Of a DNA stretch of 64,000 bases, positions 28,994 to 39,178 are shown piece by piece. A program made the position numbers and the translations under genes. The stretch comes from an uncultured Chloroflexia bacterium (lineage in GTDB: Bacteria; Chloroflexota; Limnocylindria; Limnocylindrales; CSP1-4). Below the pieces are notes generated by a model. It searched no databases. It had not been told where the DNA came from and saw only the letters and a list, made by a program, of their open reading frames with translations. The DNA is taken from positions 107,812 to 171,811 of the forward strand of contig CAWHIA010000006.1 in the NCBI GenBank assembly GCA_963829155.1, read 5' to 3'. Numbering within the stretch: position 1 is the stretch's first letter; each line of letters starts with the position of its first letter.

Positions 28994-30382
28994 TCATTGA
29001 CCGATCGGGGTCCAGGTGCGGCCACCGTCGCTCGTGGTCAGCAGCATGGACTTCAGCCCGGTGCCATCGCACAGGGCGTCCGGCGCAGGACTGACCCAGC
29101 TTCGGCGCGGACCACAGGTGTGCAACGCCCAGCCGTGATCCGGTGAGATGAAGCTCGTGGAGATCCCGACGTTGGCTACGGTCGCTCCAGTGATCTCGCG
29201 CCAGGTGCTGCCGCCGTCGACCGTTGACCAGATCGCCGAACCGTCGGCCGCCACGACGACTGCGGTGGTCGAGGACAAGACCTGCGCATCCCACCCGTGG
29301 TCGGTGTACGGCAGCACCTTCATCAGGCGCCACGAGTGGCCGTTGTCATCGCTGGCATACAGGGTTTCATGGTCGCGGTCGCTGATCGGTACGACGAGCG
29401 TGCCGTCATCCTGTACCCACGGGGTCCCGAAAACATCCTTCAGGGCGCCTGCGGGCATGGTGGCGTCGGTTGGGAACGAGCGTGCCGGCCACGTCGCGCC
29501 CCCGTCCGTCGACAACCAGAGGCGATCGTCGAACGGCTTGTTGTCAGCCTTGCCCACGGAGAATGAGAGGACACTAGTTCCGAGGACCGGGCTCAGCTTC
29601 CCCCCGCCGTCCGGCAAGGTCGAGACGACGGGGCCTGTCCACGTCCGTCCGCCGTCGGTCGTCTGATAGATGCGGAGCCGTCCGAGCGTGGCATCAGTGA
29701 CGTCGTAGAAGGTGGCATTGCCGACGGCGGGGGTGCGGAACGTAAGAACGGGGTAGGCACCGAGCGGGTCATCGATCGAAGCCTCGACCCATGAGGAGCC
29801 GGCGTCATGGGTGATCGCGATCGTGACCGGAGACGTGCCGTACGCAAAGACCACGGTATCGGCGTCCAGCATGAGGACGGCGGCGTCCGGCTTGACGCCC
29901 GTCGGCGGCGGGATATCGCTCCAGGTATGGCCAGCATCGTTGGTGCGATACAAAGCCGAGTCTGTCGCCACCCACCCGACCGTGTCCGAGACGAGCCGGA
30001 ACCGGTAGCTGCCGAGGTCGCCGAACATGCCCTCGTGGCCCGGCAACTGGTTGCTCGGGTTGGGCGTGGAGGACGCCGTCGCCCGTGCGGATGGGCTCGC
30101 TGACACGGAAGCCCCGACCACCGGGCCTGGGTTGGTGGACGGACCCGCTTCCCGCAGCCGACCGGTCTGCGGGATGAGCAGTGCCAGGAGGGCCACGATG
30201 CCCGCCAGCGCCAGCAAGCGGCCAGGGACCAGCCATTGACGGGGTCGCGGTCGCGCCAGCTCGTTGAGCCCCACGCGGATGCTCGTGGCCAGCGTTGGAT
30301 CGGCTTCACGCGGCACCACGTCGGCGAATGCCGCCCGGATCTCACGCTCCAGTTCAGTCGACATCACAGTGCTCCCGGTCAC
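28994..30382 (-). CDS. Putative anti-sigma factor with an extracytoplasmic BNR/Asp-box repeat beta-propeller
   Basis: Short N-terminal region, one TM helix, S/P-rich linker, seven Asp-box motifs (RTNDAGHTW, ITHDAGSSW, QTTDGGRTW, LSTDGGATW, ASDDNGHSW, STVDGGSTW, TTSDGGRTW); GTGA overlap with the sigma gene. Confidence 0.75.
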   Translation of the reverse strand: MTGSTVMSTELEREIRAAFADVVPREADPTLATSIRVGLNELARPRPRQWLVPGRLLALAGIVALLALLIPQTGRLREAGPSTNPGPVVGASVSASPSARATASSTPNPSNQLPGHEGMFGDLGSYRFRLVSDTVGWVATDSALYRTNDAGHTWSDIPPPTGVKPDAAVLMLDADTVVFAYGTSPVTIAITHDAGSSWVEASIDDPLGAYPVLTFRTPAVGNATFYDVTDATLGRLRIYQTTDGGRTWTGPVVSTLPDGGGKLSPVLGTSVLSFSVGKADNKPFDDRLWLSTDGGATWPARSFPTDATMPAGALKDVFGTPWVQDDGTLVVPISDRDHETLYASDDNGHSWRLMKVLPYTDHGWDAQVLSSTTAVVVAADGSAIWSTVDGGSTWREITGATVANVGISTSFISPDHGWALHTCGPRRSWVSPAPDALCDGTGLKSMLLTTSDGGRTWTPIGQ

Positions 30383-30900
30383 GCTTCATACGCTTCGCGG
30401 AGTCGTTCGAGCCCGTAGTGCAGACGGGACTTGACGGTCCCCTGCCGGATGCCGATCCGCTCGGCGATCTGTTCGACGGTGAGGTCCTCGTAGAATCGTA
30501 GGAAGAGGACCACCCGATGCTCAGGCTTAAGCTGCCAGAGGGCGGTCCGCAGGGACTCACGGTGGACGAAGCCGTCATCGACGCCTCCGCCATCGCCGGC
30601 GGCGAACCGCAGCGCTCCCGCCATGGTCCGGTCTCGCGTCCGCTTCCGCAGGCGCGAGATCGACGTGTTGACGGTGATGCGACGCAGCCAGGACGCGGCC
30701 TTGGCCGGGTCCCGCAGGCGCGGCAACTGGCGCCATGCCGCGATGAACGCCTCCTGGGTCGCGTCACGCGCCTCGTCTGTGTCGCCCAGGATCGCGACAG
30801 CCACCCTGAAGGACTCGTCGAGGTGGCCCGCCATCAGGTCCTCGAACGCCGCGCTCTCGCGATGGACGGTCGACACCGGGTCTCGTGCGATTTCCTTCAC
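30379..30900 (-). CDS. ECF (sigma-70 family) RNA polymerase sigma factor
   Basis: Region 2 'DEARDATQEAFIAAWRQLPRLRDP...SWLRRITVN' and region 4 'LKPEHRVVLFLRFYEDLTVEQIAERIGIRQGTVKSRLHYGL'. Confidence 0.93.
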   Translation of the reverse strand: MKEIARDPVSTVHRESAAFEDLMAGHLDESFRVAVAILGDTDEARDATQEAFIAAWRQLPRLRDPAKAASWLRRITVNTSISRLRKRTRDRTMAGALRFAAGDGGGVDDGFVHRESLRTALWQLKPEHRVVLFLRFYEDLTVEQIAERIGIRQGTVKSRLHYGLERLREAYEA

Positions 30901-31062
30901 ATCTCACCTGCCTCCGACACAAGACGCGTGTCGTTGGGCGAAACGTTCACGGTCCCCGCGGTCCGCGACCGCCGAGCGCGACGCGCTCGCCAGTTGACGA
31001 CCAAGTTACTGTCGCGTCCTCGGGGCCGGGCCCAGATCGTTCCCCCTTCTGTCAGGAGCACC

Positions 31063-31689
31063 ATGTCGATCCAGGACGACGAGATCCGATCCCTGGGGCC
31101 GGTCCCTCGCAGCTCCCGGCGGCCGGGGCGCTCGTGGCTCATCGTGGGCCTGCCGCTCGCCGCGTTGTTCGCTCTTGTCGCCTTCGCGATGTTCGGGAGG
31201 TCGGCTCAACCGCCCAGCGTCGCGCCTGCGCTGGCCGTCCTCACCACATCGCCCTCGCCACCCGAGGCCGTCCTCACCCCGGTCATCGTCGAACCGAGCC
31301 CGGCGATCGCAGAGGAATGCGTGCCGGATCCAAGGACGTTCACGCCCGGCGCGCCGCTCGACCTGACGGGCCTCTGGGCCGGCGACGACGGCGGCATCTA
31401 CTACGTGCGTCAACTCGGCAGCGTGATCTGGTGGAGTGGCATGTCGGACCGAGACCAGCCGCCCGCGTCGCTCGGCCGCGGCTGGAACAACGTGGGCCGC
31501 GGTGAGCTCGGAAAGAATCTCACCATCGTTTCCGATTGGGCGGACGTCCCACGTGGGGGAATCCAGGGCTATGGCACGGTGATCTTCAAGATCGGTCCCG
31601 ATGCCAATGGCAACCTGCAGATCACCAAGCAGAGCGAGACGGGGACCGGCCGCGGCGACACGCTGTGGACACCCTGCGTTGGGGGGTAA
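31063..31689 (+). CDS. Membrane-anchored hypothetical protein with a small beta-barrel-like extracellular domain
   Basis: AGGAG RBS; one N-terminal TM helix; Pro-rich linker; 'LTGLWAGDDGGIYYVRQLG...WADVPRG'. Confidence 0.75.
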   Translation: MSIQDDEIRSLGPVPRSSRRPGRSWLIVGLPLAALFALVAFAMFGRSAQPPSVAPALAVLTTSPSPPEAVLTPVIVEPSPAIAEECVPDPRTFTPGAPLDLTGLWAGDDGGIYYVRQLGSVIWWSGMSDRDQPPASLGRGWNNVGRGELGKNLTIVSDWADVPRGGIQGYGTVIFKIGPDANGNLQITKQSETGTGRGDTLWTPCVGG

Positions 31690-32013
31690 GGGTCGCTCCT
31701 GGTGCCCTCCCGCGTGTCGAAGGCGTACTGCTCCCACGCCCGACGGCGCTCGACGTAGGTGGGGCGGGCCTGGGACCTTCCGCCCAACCTTCCGCGAGAT
31801 CGTCGGCGAGACGCCGTGCGGCCACCGCTATAGCAGTGGGGGCGATCGTCGCGCCATCTGCGGTCGGCTCGCGGCAATGCGGCCGCGCAGGGCGAGAAAT
31901 TGACATGCGATCCAGCAGTTTTGGAGAAGGCCTGCGGCTGGTCCCGTCGTAGGGTGAGTGACAACCCCACCGACACCAGGGCATGAACCGACACCCACGG
32001 AAGGAGACCCGAG

Positions 32014-32496
32014 ATGCCCACCAAGCAGGCAGCGAAGCCTAACGAACAGACGAGCGACGCCGACAGCGTCTGGACCGACGAAGAGAAGGCCGCGGCCCGG
32101 GCGGCCGCCGCAGAGCGGAAGGCCGCGTCGAAGCGCAGCCCCGCCGACGAGCGCGCCGCGGGCTTGCAGGACCTCAAGGACAGCATCGCCAGGATGCCGG
32201 CCGACGACCGGGCGATGGCGGAGCGGGTCCACGCCGTCGTCACGGCCGCCGCGCCATCCCTCTGGCCGAAGACGTACTACGGCATGCCCTCGTACGCGAG
32301 GGAGGGCAAGGATGGCAAGGTGATCGCCTTCTTCAAGCCCAAGTCGAAGTTCAAGGTTCGCTATTCGACCTTCGGCTTCCAGCCCGACGCGAGCCTCGAC
32401 GATGGCGACATGTGGCCGACCGAGTTCGCGGTGATCAAGCTCACCCCACGCACGGAGGCGCAGATCGCCGACCTCGTCAAGAAGGCAGCGGGCTGA
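32014..32496 (+). CDS. DUF1801 (YdhG-like) protein
   Basis: 'AERVHAVVTAAAPSLWPKTYYGMPSYA', 'FFKPKSKFKVRYSTFGF', 'MWPTEFAV'; GGAAGGAG RBS. Confidence 0.85.
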   Translation: MPTKQAAKPNEQTSDADSVWTDEEKAAARAAAAERKAASKRSPADERAAGLQDLKDSIARMPADDRAMAERVHAVVTAAAPSLWPKTYYGMPSYAREGKDGKVIAFFKPKSKFKVRYSTFGFQPDASLDDGDMWPTEFAVIKLTPRTEAQIADLVKKAAG

Positions 32497-32570
32497 GGCC
32501 TCACCTAACTCGCGGACCGATGGCGCACACTCGAGCCCGCGAGGCATTCGCCGTTCGCTCTTAAGTTGAT

Positions 32571-32602
32571 TGGCCCCTTCGGCGATCCGAAGGGGCCATT
32601 TT
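32571..32602 (+). terminator. Intrinsic terminator between convergent genes
   Basis: Perfect 12-bp stem TGGCCCCTTCGG-CGAT-CCGAAGGGGCCA followed by TTTT. Confidence 0.8.
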
Positions 32603-32620
32603 GTCGAGAGCGAGGGGTGG

Positions 32621-33529
32621 CTATTTCGAATGCTTCGGCGAACCGTGAGCAGGATCCGCCTGGTGCGATTTCTTGTCCTTGGCGCCGTGGCCCTTGGCCC
32701 CGTGCTGGCCGGTCGCGTTGCCGTGATGCACGGTCGCGTCCTGGCCGGTCGCCTTGTCGTGGTGCACCGTCCGGTGCTTGACCGGCGAGCTGGCCGAGTC
32801 AGCGTCTGAGGCCGCGCTGGGGCTGGCTGCGGTTGCCGGCAGCGCCCCCGGGTTCTTGCCCTTGGTGGCGAAGTAGCTGACGCAGTCGCCCTGGTTCTTG
32901 AAGTGGTTGCCGGCACCGTCGATCATCGTCCGCCAGCCACCGTGCTTGCAGTCGTCCTTGGTGGGCACGATCTCGGTCACAACGACGTTATCGATGGCCG
33001 GGCCGTATTGGAACTGGGTCGTGCTGGTGAAGGTGAGCTTGGTGCTCGCGCTCGTCGCAAGGAACGCGTACGTCTCCTGCGTCCAGTTCATGTTGGAGAG
33101 CGTGTTGCCGCTGGCGTCGAAGGAATAGCTGCTCACCGTTCCGCCTGTCGCGCTGAGGTCGAGTGTCTTTATCGCGGGAGGACCGGCCGGATTGCCGGAC
33201 ATGTAGAAGGACACGGTGTAGTTGCTGCCGATCGTGGTCGCGAACGTCTGGCTGAGCGTGCCCGAATCCAGGCCACTCATGTCGATGCTCATCGATCCAT
33301 CCTGGGCGGGCCAGTAGGTGCCGACCCAGTCGACGCTTCCCGCCTCGACGGTCCAGCCGTCCAGGCTGGTGTCACCGGCGTTCAGCTGTTCGAAGCCGAA
33401 GCCGTTGTCGACGTAGGTGCCCGTCTCGAAGCTGGCGTTGGTCGGCCCACTGAAGGCCAGCGCGGCTCCCGAGAGCGCGACTGCAGCCAACCCGCCGATC
33501 GCAATGCCAAGGCCAGATCGTCTCTTCAC
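32621..33529 (-). CDS. Secreted choice-of-anchor C / DUF642-like protein with a His-rich C-terminal tail
   Basis: AGGGAGG RBS, GTG start, signal peptide; 'NASFE', 'GWTVEAGSVDWV...W', 'SIDMSG', 'GPAIDNV'; then 'PTKDDCKHGGW...FKNQGDCVSY'. 302 aa. Confidence 0.8.
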   Translation of the reverse strand: MKRRSGLGIAIGGLAAVALSGAALAFSGPTNASFETGTYVDNGFGFEQLNAGDTSLDGWTVEAGSVDWVGTYWPAQDGSMSIDMSGLDSGTLSQTFATTIGSNYTVSFYMSGNPAGPPAIKTLDLSATGGTVSSYSFDASGNTLSNMNWTQETYAFLATSASTKLTFTSTTQFQYGPAIDNVVVTEIVPTKDDCKHGGWRTMIDGAGNHFKNQGDCVSYFATKGKNPGALPATAASPSAASDADSASSPVKHRTVHHDKATGQDATVHHGNATGQHGAKGHGAKDKKSHQADPAHGSPKHSK

Positions 33530-33773
33530 GAGGGAACCCTCCCTGCCGTTGGCAGTTGTGCCAGGACGAGCCTGTTCGTCGATCGGAATGCCCGCCCCCG
33601 GGAGAGCAACCGCGACCCTCGCGGCGCCACCCGACGGCTCTACCGTAGGTGCGGAGGCGCCGCCGTAAAGCGGGTCTTTGGTCCCGCCGTCGTGAGGATG
33701 ATGTCCGGTGCGGCGCACCACTCCGGCGCCCCAACCCCGACCAGGCGCCACAACAACCTGCGGCGATCCTTCG

Positions 33774-33950
33774 TTAACACGCCGGACGGGGCGGCTGATC
33801 GGCGCTCGGGCGCACGCACATGCAAGCGTGATGGGACAACCGCCGACCCGGCCTGCCAGGAGGGCTGCAATGCGACGGACACATCCTCGCCTGCCGTTGG
33901 CGTCGGTGCTGGCACTGGTGACCGCCCTGGTGCGACGTGACAACGCGCAC
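33774..33950 (-). CDS. Possible 58-aa Cys/His-rich small protein
   Basis: AGGAGGAG 6 nt before a GTG; 6 Cys and several His; no recognisable family. Confidence 0.25.
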   Translation of the reverse strand: MRVVTSHQGGHQCQHRRQRQARMCPSHCSPPGRPGRRLSHHACMCVRPSADQPPRPAC

Positions 33951-34290
33951 GTGAAGCTCCTCCTGGCGGTTGGCTGCCTCGCGCTCGTCGCCTGCGGCGC
34001 CGACACGCTGACCCCGTCGGCGGTGCTCCCGGCAGGATTGGGTGTTGGGATCGCTGGATTGCCGCGGTAAGATTCGCGTGACTCGAGTGGTCGTCTTCCG
34101 GCGGTGACCGATGCGCCGGAACCTGCGCCCCCATTGCCGGGCCGTTTGCCACCGTCGGTGACGCGCATGCGCGGCTCGCCCGGCAAGATCCCCGGGGACG
34201 AGATCCGAACCGAGCCAGGGTTGCCCGCACCCTTGCGCCGTTGAAGGCATGCCCGCGGGCGGTACCGGTCAATCGGGAAGGAGACCCGTC

Positions 34291-34722
34291 ATGGCCTTGT
34301 CGGACAGCCTCCGGAAGCTCGCGGATCGGGCGAAGACCGCGGAGGATCACGCCGCCGCAGCGCAGAAGGAGGCGCGGGCGAACGTCCAGATCGCCGTGAA
34401 CCAGGCCCAGGTGGCGGCCGACGCTGGGGCGAAGAAGCTGCAGACGCAGGCACAGGCGGTCAGCGGCGACGCCCAGGCGACGTGGGACGACGCTCAGAGC
34501 AACTGGTCCGCGCACGTCGCCAAGGTTCGGTCGGACATCAAGAAGCGGAAGGCACAGATGGACGCCTCGAGCGCCCAGCGACACTCCCAGGACGCCGACG
34601 CGGACGCGGCGCTGGCGATCCAGTACGCCTACGCGGCCATCGAGGAGGCGGAGTACGCCGTCCTCGAGGCCGTCCTCGCGCAGAAGGAAGCCGAAGAGGC
34701 GCAGATGGCTGCCGCCCGCTAG
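34291..34722 (+). CDS. Conserved Ala-rich helical hypothetical protein (143 aa)
   Basis: GGAAGGAG RBS; coiled-coil character; C-terminal 'AIQYAYAAIEEAEYAVLEAVLA' resembles actinobacterial hypothetical proteins. Confidence 0.8.
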   Translation: MALSDSLRKLADRAKTAEDHAAAAQKEARANVQIAVNQAQVAADAGAKKLQTQAQAVSGDAQATWDDAQSNWSAHVAKVRSDIKKRKAQMDASSAQRHSQDADADAALAIQYAYAAIEEAEYAVLEAVLAQKEAEEAQMAAAR

Positions 34723-34933
34723 CCGTCGGCAGCTCAGTCACCGCGGTCGCGGCCGGAGCCATCAGGGCCCGGCCGCCCGTTTTCGTGGCAGGCGCTCGCG
34801 GGCAGCGGGTGCACCTCGCGGCGGTGCGCGACGTGCGGCGGAACTTGACCGATCGCGCGCGTGAGGGCATGGTCGCCCAGGAACACCGTCGCCGCGACGA
34901 CCGACGCCCAAGTCGTCGGCACCGAACCTTCGG

Positions 34934-36155
34934 ATGCCCAACCAACACGCGCGAGCCCACGACCGCCGTTCGACAAGGACCATCGCGTCGTGTGTGGTCG
35001 CGGCCGTCGCCCTGGTCGTGACGCTCCTCGATGTCGTGCCGGTGGCCGCGATCCCGCCGCCCTCCGCGCCCGCGCCCCGGGCGATCGTCGCGGCCGACGA
35101 CCTCTTCGTCGACCTGTCCCAATCGGCCGTCAGCTACGACCCGACGACGAACCGGTCGCTCGTCTCGGTCACCGTGATCCCGAGTGGCGCCACCGCACCA
35201 TGGACCTGGATCGTCGCCGTCCGCGGCAGCGTGGTCGCCTCGGGCTCGACGTCGGACGCCGACCATCACGACCACGGTCACGAACGACTGCTCGATCACG
35301 ACGATGAGCGTGACCACGATGGTCACGGACAGCCTCGGACAATCGGGCCGAGCCGCGGCGATCCTCGACCCGTCGTCGTGTCCGCCGCCCCCGGCGCACG
35401 GCTATGCCGGGGACCGGATCCTCGCCCGGCCGACGCTGAGCGAGGCCTCGTTCGTCGATCGGCTCCGCGCGGTCGGGTCCCCGACACTTGCGTCGGGTCC
35501 GGCGATCTACCGGAGGCTCATCCGGGCCGGGGTGAACCCGGGCTTCGCGTTGGGCATGTTCCATGCCGAGAGCGAGTCCGGAACGCGCGGCTATGCGGTC
35601 ATCACGAAGAACTGGGCCAACATCCTGTACTACCACTGGACCAAGCAATACGGGGCGACCCGGTATGCGCCGGGGAACGGCTACACGTACGCGAAGTTCC
35701 CGACCTGGCGCGCGGGGGTTCGGGCCTACACGGCGTTGCTGGCGCGCTACTGGCGGCACGGCTACCGGAGCGTCAGCGTGGTCTCGGCGCGCTGGCTGGG
35801 GACCCACACCGGCAGCAAGCGACACCTGCGCTACCTGACCAACATCGTCGAGGCGATGACCATCCTCCCCGACGACGCCCGGCCGGTCATGACCCGGCTC
35901 TCGGTTCCACGCTCGAGTCCCGCGCCCGTCACGGTCGGCTGGCGGGGGACGGACAACCGGGGCGTCACCGGCTACCAGGTCAAGCACCGCAAGCGGTCAC
36001 ACCCATGGTCCTCGCGGCAGGATGTGACGGGTCGCACGAAGGTGTTCACGTTGGCGACGGGGACCTGGACGATCGCCGTGCGCGCGAAGGACGCCGCGGG
36101 CAACTGGTCGGCGTGGCGGAAGGACACCGTCAGGGTGACGTCGGGATCCGGGTGA
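34934..36155 (+). CDS. Secreted glucosaminidase/lysozyme-like peptidoglycan hydrolase with Ig and FnIII domains; one +1 frameshift near 35257
   Basis: Signal peptide in one frame; 'GSTS' joins 'TPTITTT' after removing one G; 'ALGMFHAESESG', 'YAKFPTWRAGVRAY'; FnIII 'WTIAVRAKDAAGNWSAW'. Span is 3n+1. Confidence 0.7.
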
Positions 36156-36165
36156 TGGGCACCGG

Positions 36166-36675
36166 TTGGCGGACTGCGCGCCGACACGGCACCCTGATCG
36201 GGTGCAACCCCGGGTCGCCGTCGCGCAGCTGAGCGTTTCCGCGCCCGACGGGACGTTCTCGATCGGCCGCGAGCTGTTTCCCCAGTTCGAGGAGATGCGC
36301 GCCCGCGGCGTGCACGTGCAATCCGACCGCGTCCGCGCCGCGTTCCCGCCCGAGGCGTACGTCGAGACGGCGCTGTCGGCGCTCAGCGAGGCGTGCGTCG
36401 AGCTCGCGGTCCCGGAGGCATTCGTGGCCTTCGTCGAGACCGTCGACAGCCCGCCGCGATTCGGGCTTCGCTACGGGTTCCAGGGTGGATTCACCACGGA
36501 TGTTCCGGACCGGATCTGGATCTTCGTGAACTGGACCTCGATGGCCGAGCTTCGCCGGGTCGTGCGTCACGAGGCCGCGCACCTGGCGTTCGCCCGGACC
36601 CACACCACCGAGGAATCCGCGGGTCACTCGGGTCCGTCGGAAGACTTCGCGCTGGCCTTCGAAGCCGCGTCCTGA
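36166..36675 (+). CDS. Small putative zincin metalloprotein (HEXXH)
   Basis: 'RIWIFVN...LRRVVRHEAAH...GHSGPSEDFA'; start codon uncertain. Confidence 0.6.
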   Translation: MADCAPTRHPDRVQPRVAVAQLSVSAPDGTFSIGRELFPQFEEMRARGVHVQSDRVRAAFPPEAYVETALSALSEACVELAVPEAFVAFVETVDSPPRFGLRYGFQGGFTTDVPDRIWIFVNWTSMAELRRVVRHEAAHLAFARTHTTEESAGHSGPSEDFALAFEAAS

Positions 36676-36678
36676 CTG

Positions 36679-37493
36679 TCAGGCGCTGGGCAGCGGCTGC
36701 AGTTGCGGGCTGGTCGACCTGCCAAGCGTGCCGCGGGAAGCCACGATCAGCCCGACAGCGATCACCCATGTGACGATCGCGGTCAGGGAGAAGGCCATCA
36801 GCGGCATGCCGGTCTCGACGAGCGGGGCCATGCCAATCGCCACCGTGTCATACATCGCATGCATCAGCGCCACGACCGGCACGGACTCACGGGATCCGTT
36901 GAAGACGAACGTCAGGATCACGCTGACGGCGACGAGCTGGAGCGTGCTCACAGCAATGTAGGCGAGCGGCGCGTCGGCATTGGCGGCGAGGGCGACCCAA
37001 TGAAACGCGCCCCAGATCACGCCCAGGAGGAGCGCGGCGCCAACCGGGCTCATCCGATCCTCGAGCTTGGGGAGCGCATAGCCGCGCCAGCCGATCTCCT
37101 CACCGAAGTTGGTGAGCAGGAAGATCGGAAGGAGCGCAAGCGCCTGGAGATGGAAGGGGAAGGCGCCCCCGGCCGCCGTGGCGATGCCCAGCCCGCAAAG
37201 GTAGGCAAGCGGCAGTGCCAGCAGCGCGACCGCATACCAACGCCAACCGACTCGCACGCGCGTCAGGCGCCGACGCCATGCGCAGTCGCTCGTCCGCGGT
37301 GCCAGCGATCCGCAGCACGAGCCACGCCATCGACGGCCGGGACGAAGCTGACCGGGATGGCGATCAAGGGCAGGAGGACGGGGTTCGAGGACAGCGCGGC
37401 CGCCGCGATCGTCAGCAGCCACCCGAAACCGAGCGTGGCCGCGAAGAAAGTCGGCAATGGGTGTCGTTCGACCTGCGACCGGACCGTGCTCAT
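36679..37493 (-). CDS. CPBP (Abi/CAAX) intramembrane glutamic protease; frameshifted near 37290-37330
   Basis: 'FGEEIGWRGYALPKL', 'WGAFHW', 'HAMYD'; N-terminus 'MSTVRSQVERHPL' in another frame, with AAGGAG RBS. Confidence 0.8.
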
Positions 37494-37780
37494 CGATGGC
37501 TCCTTTCGACTCGAGTGGGACCGCGAGCTCACAGGCGCTGTCATCACTCACGGGGCGAGCCTGCGGCTGCGCGCCGGGACACGCGTCGGGGAGCGCCCGC
37601 AACCGCTTGCAGGGTCTGCACGGATCTTTGTGACGAGCCCGTGCCTCCTCGACGTTGGGGCGTCGATTCGGTCGCTCTGGCACTGGCGAGCGGCCGGGAG
37701 GTTGGTGCAGCGTTGTGGATAGCGACTCCGCCCGGCGTAGCGTGACGACGGGCGCGGCATTGTCAGAGGAGGTCAGCGCG

Positions 37781-38699
37781 ATGGCACAGGCGATCGCGAG
37801 GCGTCTTCGGACGCCGCTCGTCCGCCACCGGGCGCGATCGACGACGATGACGATCCGGGGTGTGTCGCTGTTCGTCGATGTGGTCGGACACGGCGACCCG
37901 GTCGTGCTGATGCACGGCGGCCCCGGGGCTGACCACTGGACGATGCTGCCCTTGCGACCGCTGGCCGGTCAGAACACGCTCGTCTCGTACGACCATCGGT
38001 GCAACGGGCGCTCGAGCGGCGCCGCGCTGTCGTCGATGACCTGGGACAACCTGACGGCCGACGCCGATGCGCTGCGCGCGGCGCTCGGGTTCGAGCGCTG
38101 GGCCGTGGTCGGCCATTCGTTCGGCGGCAACGTCGCCCTCGAATACGCGCTCCGGTACCCGAACAGCGTGTCGCGCCTCGTCCTGCTCGACACCGGCGGC
38201 GACAGTCGCTGGGCGCAGGAGAACGCGCCGCGGATTCTCGCCGGCCGGGGCTTCAGCCCCAGGACCGTCAGGCTCGCGAGCCGCTTCCTCAACGGGCGGA
38301 TCCGGCCACGCGAGTTCCTCCCGGCCCTGATCCGGCTTGGCGGCGCCTACAACCCCCACACGGGCCTGTTCGCGGCGATCCGGCAGATGGTCGCGGAGCG
38401 ACACGTGCGGATGCGGCCCGAGGCGCTGATCTACGCGGGCCCGCGCATGCTCAGGCGACTGGACCGTCATGGACCGGCTCGGCGAGATCCGCGCGCCGAC
38501 GCTCGTGCTGGCGGGGCGTGACGACTTCCTGTTCCCGCCCGAGCACCAGGCTCAGCTCGCGGCCGGGATCCCGAACGCGCGCCTGCGGATCATCGAACGC
38601 GCCGGCCACAACCCGCACGCGGAGCGGCCTGGGGAGGTCATCGACGCGATCCGGGATTTCCTGTCATCGCCCGCGGTCGGCGCCGGGCCGGCAGGGTGA
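37781..38699 (+). CDS. Alpha/beta hydrolase (proline iminopeptidase-like); +1 frameshift near 38447
   Basis: 'HGGPG', 'YDHRCNGRS', 'GHSFGG', and in the next frame 'PTLVLAGRDD...GHNPH'; GAGGAGG RBS; span is 3n+1. Confidence 0.85.
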
Positions 38700-39178
38700 C
38701 CGTGGTACGGACGGTCGGCCCGGCTGCCGACCGCGAGGCTGCGCCGATTCCGGCGTCGCATCGGGACCTCGTCGAGTGTCCGCCCGTCGCCGCGCTGACG
38801 ACGGTCGCCTCCGACGGCTACCCCCAGACGTCGGTCGTCTGGTGCGACTTCGACGGCCAGTGCGTCCGCGTCAACACCATGCGCGACTTCGCCAAGGCGC
38901 GGAACATGCGGCGCAACCACCGCGTCACGCTGCTCTGCTACGACCCTCGCCAGCCCCTGCGCTATCTCGAGGTCCGCGGCACGGTCGTCGAGATGACAGT
39001 AGCTGGCGCCGGCCGGCATCTCGACGAACTGGCCTCGAAGTACGCGGGGCGGCCCGTCCGGTACTTCGGCGATGTCATTCCGGCCCGCTTCGCCGCCACC
39101 GAGACGCCGGTCCTGTGCCGGATCCGCCCGTCCCACGTCGTTGCCCTCGACGCCACCGCGCCGGGAGTCGCGCGATGA
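38696..39178 (+). CDS. PPOX-class (FMN/F420-binding split-barrel) oxidoreductase
   Basis: 'ALTTVASDGYPQTSVVW', 'KARNMRRNHRVTL', 'YLEVRGTV'; GTGA overlap with the upstream gene. Confidence 0.85.
   Translation: MTVVRTVGPAADREAAPIPASHRDLVECPPVAALTTVASDGYPQTSVVWCDFDGQCVRVNTMRDFAKARNMRRNHRVTLLCYDPRQPLRYLEVRGTVVEMTVAGAGRHLDELASKYAGRPVRYFGDVIPARFAATETPVLCRIRPSHVVALDATAPGVAR

Noticed and set aside
34090-34160. c-di-GMP-I (GEMM)-like motif on the minus strand (GGCAAAC...GCAA tetraloop...GGCGCA)
   Set aside because: The P2 pairing and the downstream GCAAAG/P3 consensus do not fit; an Infernal scan against Rfam would be needed to revive it.
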